The notes below the pieces were generated by a model. It had not been told where the DNA came from and did not search any database. It saw only the letters and a program-made list of their open reading frames with translations. A stretch of DNA of 64,000 nucleotides from Raillietiella orientalis (Eukaryota), in contig JAYWIR010000018.1 in assembly GCA_036172245.1 (NCBI GenBank), positions 2,108,001 through 2,172,000 of the forward strand. The letters are read 5' to 3'. Of this stretch, positions 52,742-64,000 are shown piece by piece. The stretch's first letter is position 1, and each line of letters opens with the position of its first letter. The position numbers and the translations under genes are program-made.

Positions 52742-55700
52742 ATGTTGAGCTACGAAAACCAAATTTTTCTCGAACTGCTTCAGGAAGATGGTCTAGTGAT
52801 TGCAGCTAAGTAAGACATTTTTATCAGCGATTTGTTTCTAGCTAATAAATCCCAGGGGCCTGAGTCTTGAAAAAGTTTTTATTAACTTCCTTAAAATATA
52901 TTGTGAGCCATCCAATTTGGTAATTGTGATCGGAACTAATGCTAAAGAAGAACAGTATTTCATCCAGCAATTAGAAAAGGATTCGGTTAAACCTCTCCCC
53001 CGATCGGTCACTGCCGAAGTGAACGCCAGTGAACGGTAAGCTTTTATTCAGTTTGCTTTTTATTTCAGTTGTTTTAGTCATCTCGTATACATGAAAGCAG
53101 GAGTCTTATTTGTCACATCACGTATTCTCGTGGTAGACTTATTAACAGAACGAATTCCAGTCGATTTAATCACAGGAATTTTGTTGTACAAGGCACATCG
53201 ATTGATTTCATTTTGTCAGGAAACATTTATTCTCCGTTTATTGCGTCAACAAAATAAGGTATAAATCTATAAGATGTCCGTGCAGCATTGTAGCATCCTG
53301 TTTGTTATTCTGTTGTAGAGTGCTTTTATCAAAGCATTTTCATCCAATCCACTTTCTTTCACTTCCGGGTTATGCCATTTGTCAAGAGTGATGCGGCATC
53401 TTTTTGTCAAGGAACTGTACCTCTATCCACGTTTTCAATTGACTGTGCATAACTGTTTGTCCGAAGTGCAGGTGACCAATCAAATATTGTAGTTTGATCT
53501 TGAAATTTAGAGTCTAGCCTTCGGTCATTGAATTGCAGTTGAAGATGAGTCCCGCCATGAACACTTTGCAAAGTTCTCTCTTAGATCTTATTCAGATTAC
53601 ATTATCCGAGATAAGACATTGCAATTCAAAAGTATACATGCATCATTATTTTATTCTCCATGTAGTTGATTGTTTCTCTTCCAGTTATGCCTAGAGGAGT
53701 TGTCAGTCGAGAATTCGCTCTCTAATGTGTTCTTGAAGAATTTAGAGAATGAATTGAAGCCTGTTTGGCATCAGCTGAGTCCGAAAACGCGTCAGTTAAT
53801 TGCGGATCTGCGTACGCTTCGCTCTGTATTAAGGTGTGGTTTAGTGTAGTACATTGCTTGATATGTTATTAAAGATGTTTAGTTCTCTGACTCAGGTTGA
53901 CTCGGTAACCTTTTATTCACTTGTGAGTTCCTTAAGAGCCACAGAAGTGGTATTAAAGAGCTCAGGATGGGTATTCTTGGATTCAGCCGAAACACTCTTT
54001 GTTGTCAGCAAGGAACGAGTTTTTGGAACGAAGCAGAAAAGTAATGATAGGGTGATACGTGCTGTACTAATTGTTTTGGGGATTCCAAAGCACCACAGTT
54101 TGAAGTTAACCCAAAGTGGCTTGCACTTTCTGAGGTATTGCAAGAAATCTCAATGCAATCCAATCTCCAGAATTCCGATTGTATTCTTGTGGTTGCTTCT
54201 GATGAGCAGACTTGCAGATATTTGTGTGAGGTATTTTTTTTTTACACAGGCCAACAATAGTTCTAAGAAAACTGAATTCAGTATCTGTGTGATGGAGCGG
54301 AATCATTGCTGACGAGACTATTTAATAGGCTGGTAGCATCAAAATTTGGATTGCCTTCAATTTCGGAAACTAAAGAAAAGGGAAATTCTAAAAGTAATGA
54401 AGATTCTTGTATTACTCTCACTCAGCTCATTGGAAAGCGTGACAAGCATACAGATTCTGCAGGCATTCCAGAGCAGCTCCCAGAACAATCGAACCTCGAT
54501 TCCGACAGTCTTTTTACTCCAATTCAATCCCCCTTAACTATTGTTCATGCTTTAAAATATTCCGAAGATCCTTTCCATCTGCATAAAGTTCTGGAAAACA
54601 TGAAACCTACACATATTGTATTATATGATGTGCAAGTTGCTTTTATTCGTCAATTAGAGGTATGCAGTTGAGCAGTCTAATAAACACACAGTATGTCCAG
54701 GTGTACCAAGCACGCAATCCTAATCTTCCCCTCAAGGTGTATCTCCTCATGTATGAAAATTCTGTGGAAGAACAGATGTATTTAACATCTCTCCGCAAAG
54801 AAAAGGAAACGTTTGAGTGGCTCATTAAAGAGAAAGCGGTAGACATATCGAATTGATTGGAAGAAAATTCAAGTTCTTTAGAAACTTGTGTTACATACAG
54901 ATTGGGATACGCATCCAGATTTAGAACGCAATAATCATATCAAGGCTGGTGATGATGCAGTTTTACCAAGTACGAATTTTCGAACGGGAAGCAATCTTAC
55001 CTCTTTGTCTCGTGTCATTATCGATCTTCGTGAGTTTCGGTGCCAGCTGCCATCTCTCATCCATCAGTGGGGCATGGAGCTGGACCCTGTCACCTTGCAG
55101 GTTTGTGGGCGTCGTCGTGAATCCTCATTGCCGTGTTCAGGTAGGAGACTACGTCTTAACACCAGACATCTGCGTGGAGAGGAAAAGTGTAAGCGATCTG
55201 ATCGGTTCCCTTAACTCTGGGCGCCTCTACAACCAAGCGGTAGCCATGACACGCTGCTATCAGCGCCCCATGCTGCTCATTGAATTCGACCCCGACAAAC
55301 CGTTCTCTTTCATTCAGAGTCGTTTACCGTATGACAGTGCATCGTTTAATGTGCTGTCTAAACTCATCTTGCTTACTTTGCACTTTCCCGGTTTGCGTCT
55401 TCTTTGGTCCCCCGGACCGCATGCATCCGCAGAGCTATTTCACGAGTTGAAGGTGAGTTTTGCAGTACGGGGCGCTCAAGCAGGAGTGGGTCTTTTCAGG
55501 TCGGACAACTGGAACCCGATTTAACCAAAGCTCTAGCGGCCACGTCCGAAGATGCAGATAATTCGGAAGAATTCAATCCAGCCATTTACGTAAGAAGAGA
55601 GCTGGTCAAATATAAATGAAACTTTCAGGATTTCGTATCCAAACTTCCTGGAATTAACTCCAAAAACATACGTAGACTTATGAATAAAACAGAAAACCTG

Positions 55701-55900
55701 GAGCATTTGCTGCGGTTATCGGAGGTTCGTATCTTCCGGAAGTGTGCCGAATCTATTCTTCGATTTTCCAGCAAGAGATTGCGGAGATTCTTGAAAACAC
55801 ATCCGATGCAGCGGAGCTGTGGCAGGGTTTACACGTGGCATTGGAGACCGATTTGCCACCCAGAAAACGCACCCGAACACGATTTCCCAAAAGATCGTAG
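52742..55900 (+). CDS. ERCC4: DNA repair endonuclease XPF (ERCC4/MEI-9/Rad1), 15 exons, 834 aa
   Basis: Exons 52742-52809, 52856-53035, 53078-53258, 53319-53471, 53518-53631, 53685-53833, 53883-54040, 54091-54230, 54282-54659, 54701-54838, 54882-55100, 55141-55452, 55500-55589, 55629-55724, 55772-55900 (2505 nt, in frame). Motifs: [98 protein letters not shown], nuclease [32 protein letters not shown], Hh[10 protein letters not shown]. Confidence 0.96.
52844..52849 (+). terminator. AATAAA in ERCC4 intron 1, candidate poly(A) signal for C6orf120
   Basis: First canonical hexamer downstream of the C6orf120 stop (about 110 nt), located within the 46-nt intron 52810-52855. Function is inferred. 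Confidence 0.35.
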
Positions 55901-57031
55901 GTTTCGTTTATCCCGAAAACCTCCGCAATGGACATTTTGTATTGTTGAAATATGTATGTACATTAAAATTTTGCCACGCTCCAGTATTCCTGTTTGTTGT
56001 AACTTTATAACATTTGCTCGCGTTTCGCTGAAGTGAGACGATGCAGACGTTCGTCGTGGTTTTTACGTGTGTTCCTTGTATTCCCAGTGCTACACGGTAA
56101 GGAAGAAACCCTTTGCTCACGGTCCTCCTAACCTGTGTGCTCCTGAAAACTGTTTTTGCCCTTGACTACCTTCAGCGATGCGCACAACTTCGAATCTGCG
56201 TTATCTGGGTCAAGTGTGCGAAATTCTCGCATTTTTGGTGCATCCTAAACGTGTGTGCCCCGATAAATTTCAGGTTTTCAAGAAATCCGTAGCCAATAAA
56301 GTATAATGAGAACGATCGCAATCCACATGCCCGGTTGTAAATTAGGCGCTAAGTATCCACTGTGACTCTTCGAGGTTTCTCTTTGAAATTCAGCACTTTG
56401 GGAAGCACCATTACTCGCATGAATCCGTTTACGTGAGAGCTTCAGGGTTCTCATTTGGGTTTCGCTGCTAGCTACTGGCATGGTTCTGTTTTTCGGGTTC
56501 CAGGACGCACCCGTGGAACCTGGAAGCACATCCGTCGTGTGCCACCTGAGGTCAGAATTGCAGACGGTAAAACTGCCTCCATCCCTGACTGGTTCCAAGA
56601 CCGTAAACTTGATCCTCTTTCCCATAGGCGTTGGGTCATCGATATGATCCGGATCTCGAGAGTTGCAATTATTCCCCCTTTCTCGGAGTGCGTTCCACCT
56701 CATTCGTCAAAAACAGGACGTTTCGCTGCAGGACTAAAACGAGACAGCGATTCACACATGCAGTGAAACGCATGTAACTCGAAATGAAGGCATGGGAAAC
56801 GACTGGGGTTTCCGCCTCGGATGGCGAAGAACGCTCAAACATGAAGAAGGAGAAAGTGTTTTTCTTTGCCGGTCAGTGCGGCGCTTGGCAGCAGTGGTCA
56901 GTGCGAGCGAGCGAGACCTTAGCGCTGCAGAAGCTGGCTTCAAGGTGGTCTTTGGTTCTGATTGCGGACATGCAGCATCGGAAACAAGGTATTAAGTGGA
57001 TCGGAGACCACATAAATGTGTACATCTGGAG

Positions 57032-58186
57032 AAGCAATAGCAAGAGCAACAGGCAAAAAAAAAAAAAAAAAAAAATTCGCACCTCTCGGACGAGCTGAGG
57101 GAGGTGTCTTGACATGTTGCTGGACATGTTGACAGGGTAAGGGGGTAAGTGGGACGTTGTGTGTCTACGCCTCTGGAAATGATTTGCTGCAACAGGAATA
57201 AGGTGGTGTGGCCCGTGCTTCAAACTCGATACTTTCAGTTTCATTTTTTTCGTTTTCGTTTTGAATTTCGATTTGCAAACTTTCGCTTTGTAAAAATCCA
57301 TTCAGTGTTTTCCGTTCGCACGATGATGAAGATCCACATTGCTATTGTCAAGAAGAAAAGAAATCACTTCAGGGTTTGTTGGGTTTTAAGAAGAATTCAG
57401 AGTTCGAGTATCTGAGGGATCCATTCTTCAGTCCGCTTACCAGTTCTGATTCGAATTTATTATTGGATTTTGTCCTGTGGTCTTGAACTTCCAAAATGAT
57501 CCATAAAGAGGAACATCTGGGGCGGGGGGCTTGCTAAAGTGTTAGTTCCCGGAAAATTTTCCAGGTTCTGTTTGTGGACTGCAATTAACTATGTGCGTTC
57601 TCCATTGCAAAGCACGATACAGAATTCGACGACCTCTTTAAATCAGATGCCCGCTGTGATGAAGCGGGCGCGTGAAAACCAGGAAGCCATCCGTTAAGCA
57701 CCCGGCAGATTCCGCGTCCTCTGTCCACTCTAAGCATAGCATCGTGGAAGCCATTTCTGAAATCTTGTACAACCGCGCTTTTTTTCATTTCTTCCTGAGT
57801 GGCGTCGATATCTGCATTGGACTCTGTCACCGATGTCTTAATCCGGGCTCATTGTAGCCGACACAGAAGTTTGGAGCTTGCATCTGTACCAGCTCCTATT
57901 CCGGAAGACGAATCTTCTGAACGTTATGTAGCATTTCGTCTCTTGGTTTTCTACATGGCTGAAAACGTGGTTTGGATATTCGAGAAGAGTCGGACATCGA
58001 GGGGTGTTGCATCCTGGACACCTTTCACAGTATATGACTACGCTGGACATCTTCAAAAGTACGAAGCGAACCAGGAAAACACAATTAGATAGAAACAAAC
58101 TTGGAAAAAAAGTGTCAGAAGTGCATCCTGACGAGCTGCAGGGTCCGAATTTTTTTTTTTTTAGCCTGTTGCTCTTGCTATTGCTT
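57032..58186. repeat. Short inverted repeat pair
   Basis: aagcaatagcaagagcaacaggc (57032-57054) is the exact reverse complement of 58164-58186. The match extends through the A/T homopolymer and attcg/cgaat (57079 and 58146). Confidence 0.8.
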
Positions 58187-58344
58187 TCCTCGGAAATTGC
58201 GAAGGGCAGGTCGAGGGAGACAAATTCGTCTCGAACAACATCAGTACCTTCAAGTTGTCGTGCTCACGGAGGTCTGATTTAGTAGAGGGAAATTTCCCGG
58301 CTTCAGCTAGTGGACACTAGAGATGGTGGTCGATACAGCCAACG

Positions 58345-58607
58345 TTCCTGGAGTTAGTGGCAGGAAATTTGGATACGAAATTCCTAAAGTCATTTTTATC
58401 TGACCAACTTTCTGCTTACATAAATGCTTGGACTAAATTCTTCCAAGTTATCTGCATCTTCGGACGTGTGCGCTATAACTTTGCTTAAATCAGCTTCTGG
58501 TTCTCCGATCTCAGAGGCCATTCCTGCTTAAGTGCCCGACCTTGATTCATGAAATAGCTCCTCGGATGCGTGTGGTCCTGGGCGCCAAGCAAGACGCTGG
58601 ATGAAAG
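58345..58607 (-). pseudogene. Inverted, intron-retaining pseudocopy of the ERCC4 3' region
   Basis: The reverse complement aligns to ~55303-55320 plus ~55395-55667 (e.g. cacgtccgaagatgcagataa and atttcgtatccaaa identical). Translation RLAWRPGPHASEELFHE versus [18 protein letters not shown]. Homologues of introns 55453-55499 and 55590-55628 are present. Confidence 0.85.
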
Positions 58608-61600
58608 GAATCGCTCCTAGTCGTCTCCCGATTACATCTTGTTGAAAAATCGTTGCCAAAAACGTCAGATCGGATGTTTGCAAGTGCTGGCAGCTTCTAG
58701 TACTTGGAAGACACAATCAAGAGCTGGACTTATTGGGCACGCTTGACGTAACATTTTGGAGGCTGAGTCGCACATGTCAGTCAGGTGGATCAGAAAACTT
58801 GGGAAGGAGACAATGAGCCCCAAGTGAGCAGTTCTGGGAGGAGATCTGGGTTTAGCCACCGTTCCGAAGTACTTGAAGAGCGAGCAATTTGTTGGGAAGG
58901 CTCCATTTCAACCTTTTACGCTCCACTTGAAAGCCATTATGCTAAATAAAGAAAGCAGATTCTTAGACAGATTCCCGATAGCATTTCCTTGCGGCTACGG
59001 GTGTGCTATGTTACTTCAGAGGCGTTCGAGAAGATGACAAAAGCAACGATTATCTGAACAACGTTGCTGTATCCTACCACAAGCTTTGAAGAGAATAGGA
59101 AGCAGATGATAACCGTTTCGTCTCTTACTTTTTAATAAATGCCTTAGGATAGGAAACTGACTCGCGTTTCTGACTGCCCCCCTTCCCCCGCTCGATCGGG
59201 TAGCTTCTGAGCGACATAGCAACACAAGAGTACAGATGGCCTCATCCAGAAGATCAGACTCGATCAAGGGACACACGGATAAGTGCTAGGGAAAAAATAA
59301 AATTAAAAAAAATGAAGGCCTCTCTGAAAGTGCACAGGAGCACGAAGATGCATTGCAGACGAAGGTGATTCGAGGGAGTCATTCGGTGAGGGCTAGTGGA
59401 TGACCAAGCGTTCTGCAAGCTGTGATTGGAGGAAACTCAAAATAACTTCCGCTCTTTGAGGGTACCAGACGTTTCCTTAGTTCCTCCAGCATGCAATCGG
59501 CAGCATCAGCAAGGGGATCGATCATCCAAGCACCATACGAGGAAGCAGAACCCGAAGTGATGTTCGCAAGCCTCATTTGTCTGTTTCCGGGAAACGGTTT
59601 CTTCTTGAACGGACGATTCCTTTTGCAACCTCATTTGTTCGATGCTGCGCGTAAGAGGCGCTGCGAAAAGCGTGAACGGGAGTATGCAGTCACAAAAAAA
59701 AAAAGCAACGAAAGAAGTGGAATCTTTGTGACCCCGTCCTAATCGATCCATCACACAACTTCGCTGGCTGCTGGGAGTGAAAGAACTGCTAGTAAAAGAG
59801 AAACTAAACAAGGCGGCTCCGAGGAGAATCCTATGAAAAGCAAATTCGAGACTCACCGGAATGCTGAAAAACGAGACGTGAGTGCCGAAGACTCTAATTC
59901 ATATCTGAGAAGTGGTACTTGCATGAGCATCCCGACTGTCATCGTTAATTCTGAGATCTCAGCACAGGCTCTGTTAGCTCCATTCGTAATTTAGACTTCT
60001 CGTTAAAGATTCGGATAATGGAATAAGTGTTTTACTGCTTGAGCACGCATCTGTCACTGCTCGTTTGTGTGGTTATTAGACAATTGCTTTACCACGCAGG
60101 GAACATGCACAGGGGGTTTCCGGATCATCAGCTGATGCCATCCTCCACACATCAGTTTCCTTCCGGTCGGTTCCTTCTTTTCCATGGCAATAATTACGCA
60201 CGTTTTCACGATTCCAAGAATTTTTTTCCAGGTCCGCAACAGAACGCTGTTGACCATGGTCGCTAGGGGGATTTTCTACTTTTTATTCTCTTGTGATAGA
60301 ACCTTTGTCGTCTCACATAAAGAGGTGGGGATCGAAGGCTAAATTTTCATCTTAGGTAAGTAAGAAATGTGCTACATCCCAAGGCAGTCTTTTTGTTTTC
60401 TCTTTCCTCGTATGAACCAGCATTCATGTTACCATTTCATCGATGCGTGCGATTTTCTTCACTATTCTTAGAGGAAAAGCAGACGCCGGAAGGGTTTGCT
60501 TTCTTTCAAGGATTTTCAGATTCGCTGCTACGAATCGCTTTGTTTACGTTTTGCTTGTATTAGGAAGATCTGCAACTTGTCGTGTGTGTCTCTTAGTCCC
60601 TCATCCCTTTTCGTGTTCACGGTTACAAGGAGAGGACTCATCCGGGCTGACAAAAAACAAAGGGAATAATATTTTTCTGAAACCATTTTCTCAGCAAACG
60701 AGAAAGGAGCGATTTCGTGTTATGGACCGTGATGTTTCTGACCTGGGTTGTTTCCATGACACCTGTGACCAACTTTTGCTGTCAGGAAGGAATGCATTGC
60801 CAAGCGTTCAAATAGAAGAAACCATTCCATCACCGAATTCTTTCCGCATTGGTAGTGCATTCCTTAAATGAGTCTTTTTGTTACCATCATAGTCAAAAAC
60901 TTTCCGTGGTAAGAACTCTTTTCACTGTGGAGGCAGGAAGGATTTCTTTCTCATGAAAGGATGTTGAATTCGTTTCGTGAAACGAATTTAAAATTAAAAT
61001 CTCGCTGCACCATTAAGAAAAGTCTTGAGTGTGTGATCTGAGTTTCACTAAGGAGTGCAAGAAAATGAGGAAAGTAGAAACGTTTGAAAGACATCTGAAA
61101 GAGGGAGCGAATACCGACCAGAAAACATCTAATCAGCAAGCATTGCAAGTTTGCGTCCTCTCCCAGATCGTCAAGTGACAGCAAAGGTAAGTCGTATTGC
61201 AACCACAGTAGGCAAAGCTTGGAAAGTGTGGTACAGAAGGAATTTTGCCACTCCTTCTCCTAGAATGGTTCCAATGTCTACGCACAGTATTGCCGAAGTA
61301 ATGGAACAGTAGAAAACTTGGCACAAATCTACAGTGAGCGTCCCGAGAGAAACTTCCTTGCTATTCCCCCCCCCCCCCTCCGTGTTTGTGCACCCAATCG
61401 CTCTTCTGCTGATCGATCATTCGATTGGTGTCTTTCCATCGATGCAAATTCGGCTCACTCAGTGCTGCTCCTCATCTGTCTCTTGGTGAAACCAAATTCT
61501 GACCAAACTACGCGGACCTGAATCCTTCCGTTTAGAAACAAAAGAACGAACATGGGGGAATAGGGTACCCAGGGAGGGTCGCCGTTGCCACCCCTGCCAT

Positions 61601-63059
61601 TCTTTCATGATTTTTATTCTAATTCCAGAGCTTCACTTGTATGTTTTTCTCATTCATGCGCTTGCGGTTGTTAGAATGTCATCATAGTTGAGCATAATTA
61701 TTACTCCGTGGTTCATTTTTGATTGTCTGCGGTCTTCCGTGACCTGCTCCCAGCAGAGCAAATGTCTCGGGTCCTCTAAAATAAGTCGTACTGCAATCAT
61801 GCATTCCTCGATCGAAGAAGTCGCAGCGAAAGTTGAGCATCCTCCAGCCTGCTTGTTCAAGTGACCCTCAGGGTCGAGCATTCATTCGTGACTTTTTACC
61901 ACCTCGGGTAACGACTCCCAAAGGCAAGGTCTCATCTGTCTGGTTTCATTGCAGTTATAGTTGAACACAACTGGTACTTAATTGCAATCCATACTTAACA
62001 AACGAGTAACGTTATGGTCGAGGAAGCCATCTTGATAAAACGTCATGAGTTGCATGGGATTCTGTTATCTTGTGACCTGTGCTTCTCCTCTGCTGTTTGC
62101 CTCCGAAACATAGTTTTCTGCAGACGTTTTCTGAGTCATCCCCTCGCTTTCGAACTCTCGCCAGCAGGAAACTGCATCTTATCATGAGCTTTCAAATAAC
62201 AGACGTGGATGAACTTTGGCATTCTCATGCTGTTTCTGGCAGAATTTCTTCTGACCTTTCGGTGCGGTTCCACATGCATCAAGCTTGAATTAATGCACAT
62301 CTCACCATGATCCTTGATCATGATCACATCACCTCAAACTTCTCTGTGCCTAAAGAGTTTCAGAAGCCTAAAAAAGTGCAGCCTCAAGAGGTAAAAAGTA
62401 AACTTTCGTATAGTTAGAAGAGAATTTGCGACTTTCCCTTTCTATTCTTTTATCTCAACTTTGATCTCAATCTTCTCCTTGCTGTTTCGTCCCTACTCCA
62501 GATGTGTTCTTTGTTGAAACAAAAAGCGCCGCTAGTCTACTGAAAAGTCAGATTCTATGGGGTAGATCTTTTTGGACATAAGAGCAGAATCGACTAGAAA
62601 ATCAAAAAAAAAAAAAAGAAAGGGTCATCAAATTTGGGAAGTCTGCGGCCAACGCACTTCGTCTTCTCTTAGTGAAGAAGCGCTCGCATCGGTTCTCTGG
62701 GAAGCGTTCTCACTACTCAGCTGCCAGTGAAATTTTTTCTGCAATAAGGGGTTCGAATGTACCAGAGGCTCTGGCGTGACAGTGACACGACTCCTCAGGT
62801 CGCTCACCTGACCTCATTCTCAATACTTACAAGCCGGAGCATTGCAGTTTAGAATGTGCATGAAGTTCTCGGGAAGTTCTGCCCCATTCCTTGTTCTCAG
62901 ATGAATTAGCGTAGAGCGCAAGAAGATCTAAGCAACCAAACTTTCCAAGCTGCTTTTCATCGAAGGAGTGCATCAAATTATTTGGAATCCAGCATCCGCA
63001 AATGGAATTTTTCGCATCCATATAACCACATGAGTTATGATTTTTATTCATCACTCCTT

Positions 63060-63860
63060 AATAGTAAAGAGGCCTCTGTCTTTCGTAAAGTAATTACACC
63101 ACCTCAGTAATTGCTTCCCTTGGTCTGCCTCTGTATTTTTTCTGGCCATCTATCTGCTACATTTTTCGTCCACTCTCCTGCTGCTTTGAGGAAATCATGA
63201 CCTGACCATCTGTTTACGCTCTTCAAGTTACCCAAGTCAACTGTCAGAATTCTAAATTTTATAATAGCAACTTCCTCCTGCAAACCCCTGTTCTAAGGAA
63301 AGTCCATCGAAATTACCATCCTATTACTCTTCTGAAGACCAATCCATTCTAAGCCACGATAGCTATTCGCCTAATTGGCCTGTCTTTCTCAAAAACCATG
63401 GTGGTCATCAGATCACATTTCCGTGTCTTCACCTTTAGCTTTGTACTCAGGAAATCATTCTCACGCTTTTTGTTCCATATTTGTCGTTCCTTTCAAAACT
63501 AATTGTTTCTACACTGTAATGGGTTCACAAATCTCTTACGCCTAAAAGGGAACCCAGATCCAATCCTGTTCGGGCTATGCTTCTTAATCGAGCGTCTAAG
63601 AAGATTACTTGCCATCTATCACCCTCTTTTTCTCACATCATCTTTTCTCCGATGTGTCCACATCAGACGGAAATTTTTCCCCTGTCACCGCTCCCAGACA
63701 GAGCCTTTCATCTTCCCCCAAACCATTCTCCAATTTTTTCCCAACAAACTTTTCCCAGTTTGCTCAATCCTGGATTTCATCTCAAGATAACTTTCACCAT
63801 TCCATTGCTTTTTAATCTCCTTTATCTTCCCATATTAACTAGAAGACCTCACTTCTCACA
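63060..63860 (-). mobile_element. Possible decayed non-LTR retrotransposon ORF1 (gag-like) remnant
   Basis: Purine-rich minus strand with many stops. 63579-63500 reads HSPNRIGSGFPFRRKRFVNPLQCRN*, resembling the P..I..G....VR.F.PNPL.C.NC segment that precedes LINE ORF1 zinc knuckles. Only one weak motif. Confidence 0.25.
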
Positions 63861-64000
63861 CTGTACAACTAAATTCTCGATCGTTAGTTGTTTGGGGAAC
63901 TCGACCCGTTACCTACCGCTCTTTGGACGAAAAATGCCCATCCTTCCTTCTTCCTCCCTACAGTTCTTCTGTCGCGTAGGCAATCCTCCTGGAAAGAAGA

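Noticed and set aside
56278..62330. ORFs of 60-140 aa downstream of XPF
   Set aside because: No recognisable domain or consistent exon chain, apart from the XPF pseudocopy.

Overview
Eukaryotic (invertebrate animal, probably arthropod-like) genomic DNA with very short GT-AG introns, mostly 39-60 nt. The ORF track is therefore largely uninformative, and I rebuilt gene models by hand. All homology calls are from memory of the protein families; no search was run. The window has three compositional blocks. (1) About 1-18 kb is GC/CpG-rich and holds a divergent minus-strand CFAP65 (CCDC108)-like ciliary gene; a possible decayed second CFAP65 fragment lies at about 21 kb. (2) About 22-54 kb is AT-rich and CpG-depleted and holds a housekeeping cluster: GSS (+), DAD1 (+), AMFR/gp78 (-), CHERP (+), a small C6orf120/UPF0669 gene (+) of which only one exon appears in the ORF track, and ERCC4/XPF (+). 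(3) About 55-64 kb is a GC-richer tail with an inverted, intron-retaining pseudocopy of the XPF 3' end and a possible LINE remnant. The most striking feature is extreme gene packing. The C6orf120 stop codon lies 9 nt before the XPF ATG, with an AATAAA inside XPF intron 1. DAD1 and AMFR converge with only 23 nt between stop codons, each with a poly(A)-signal-like hexamer inside its last codons.
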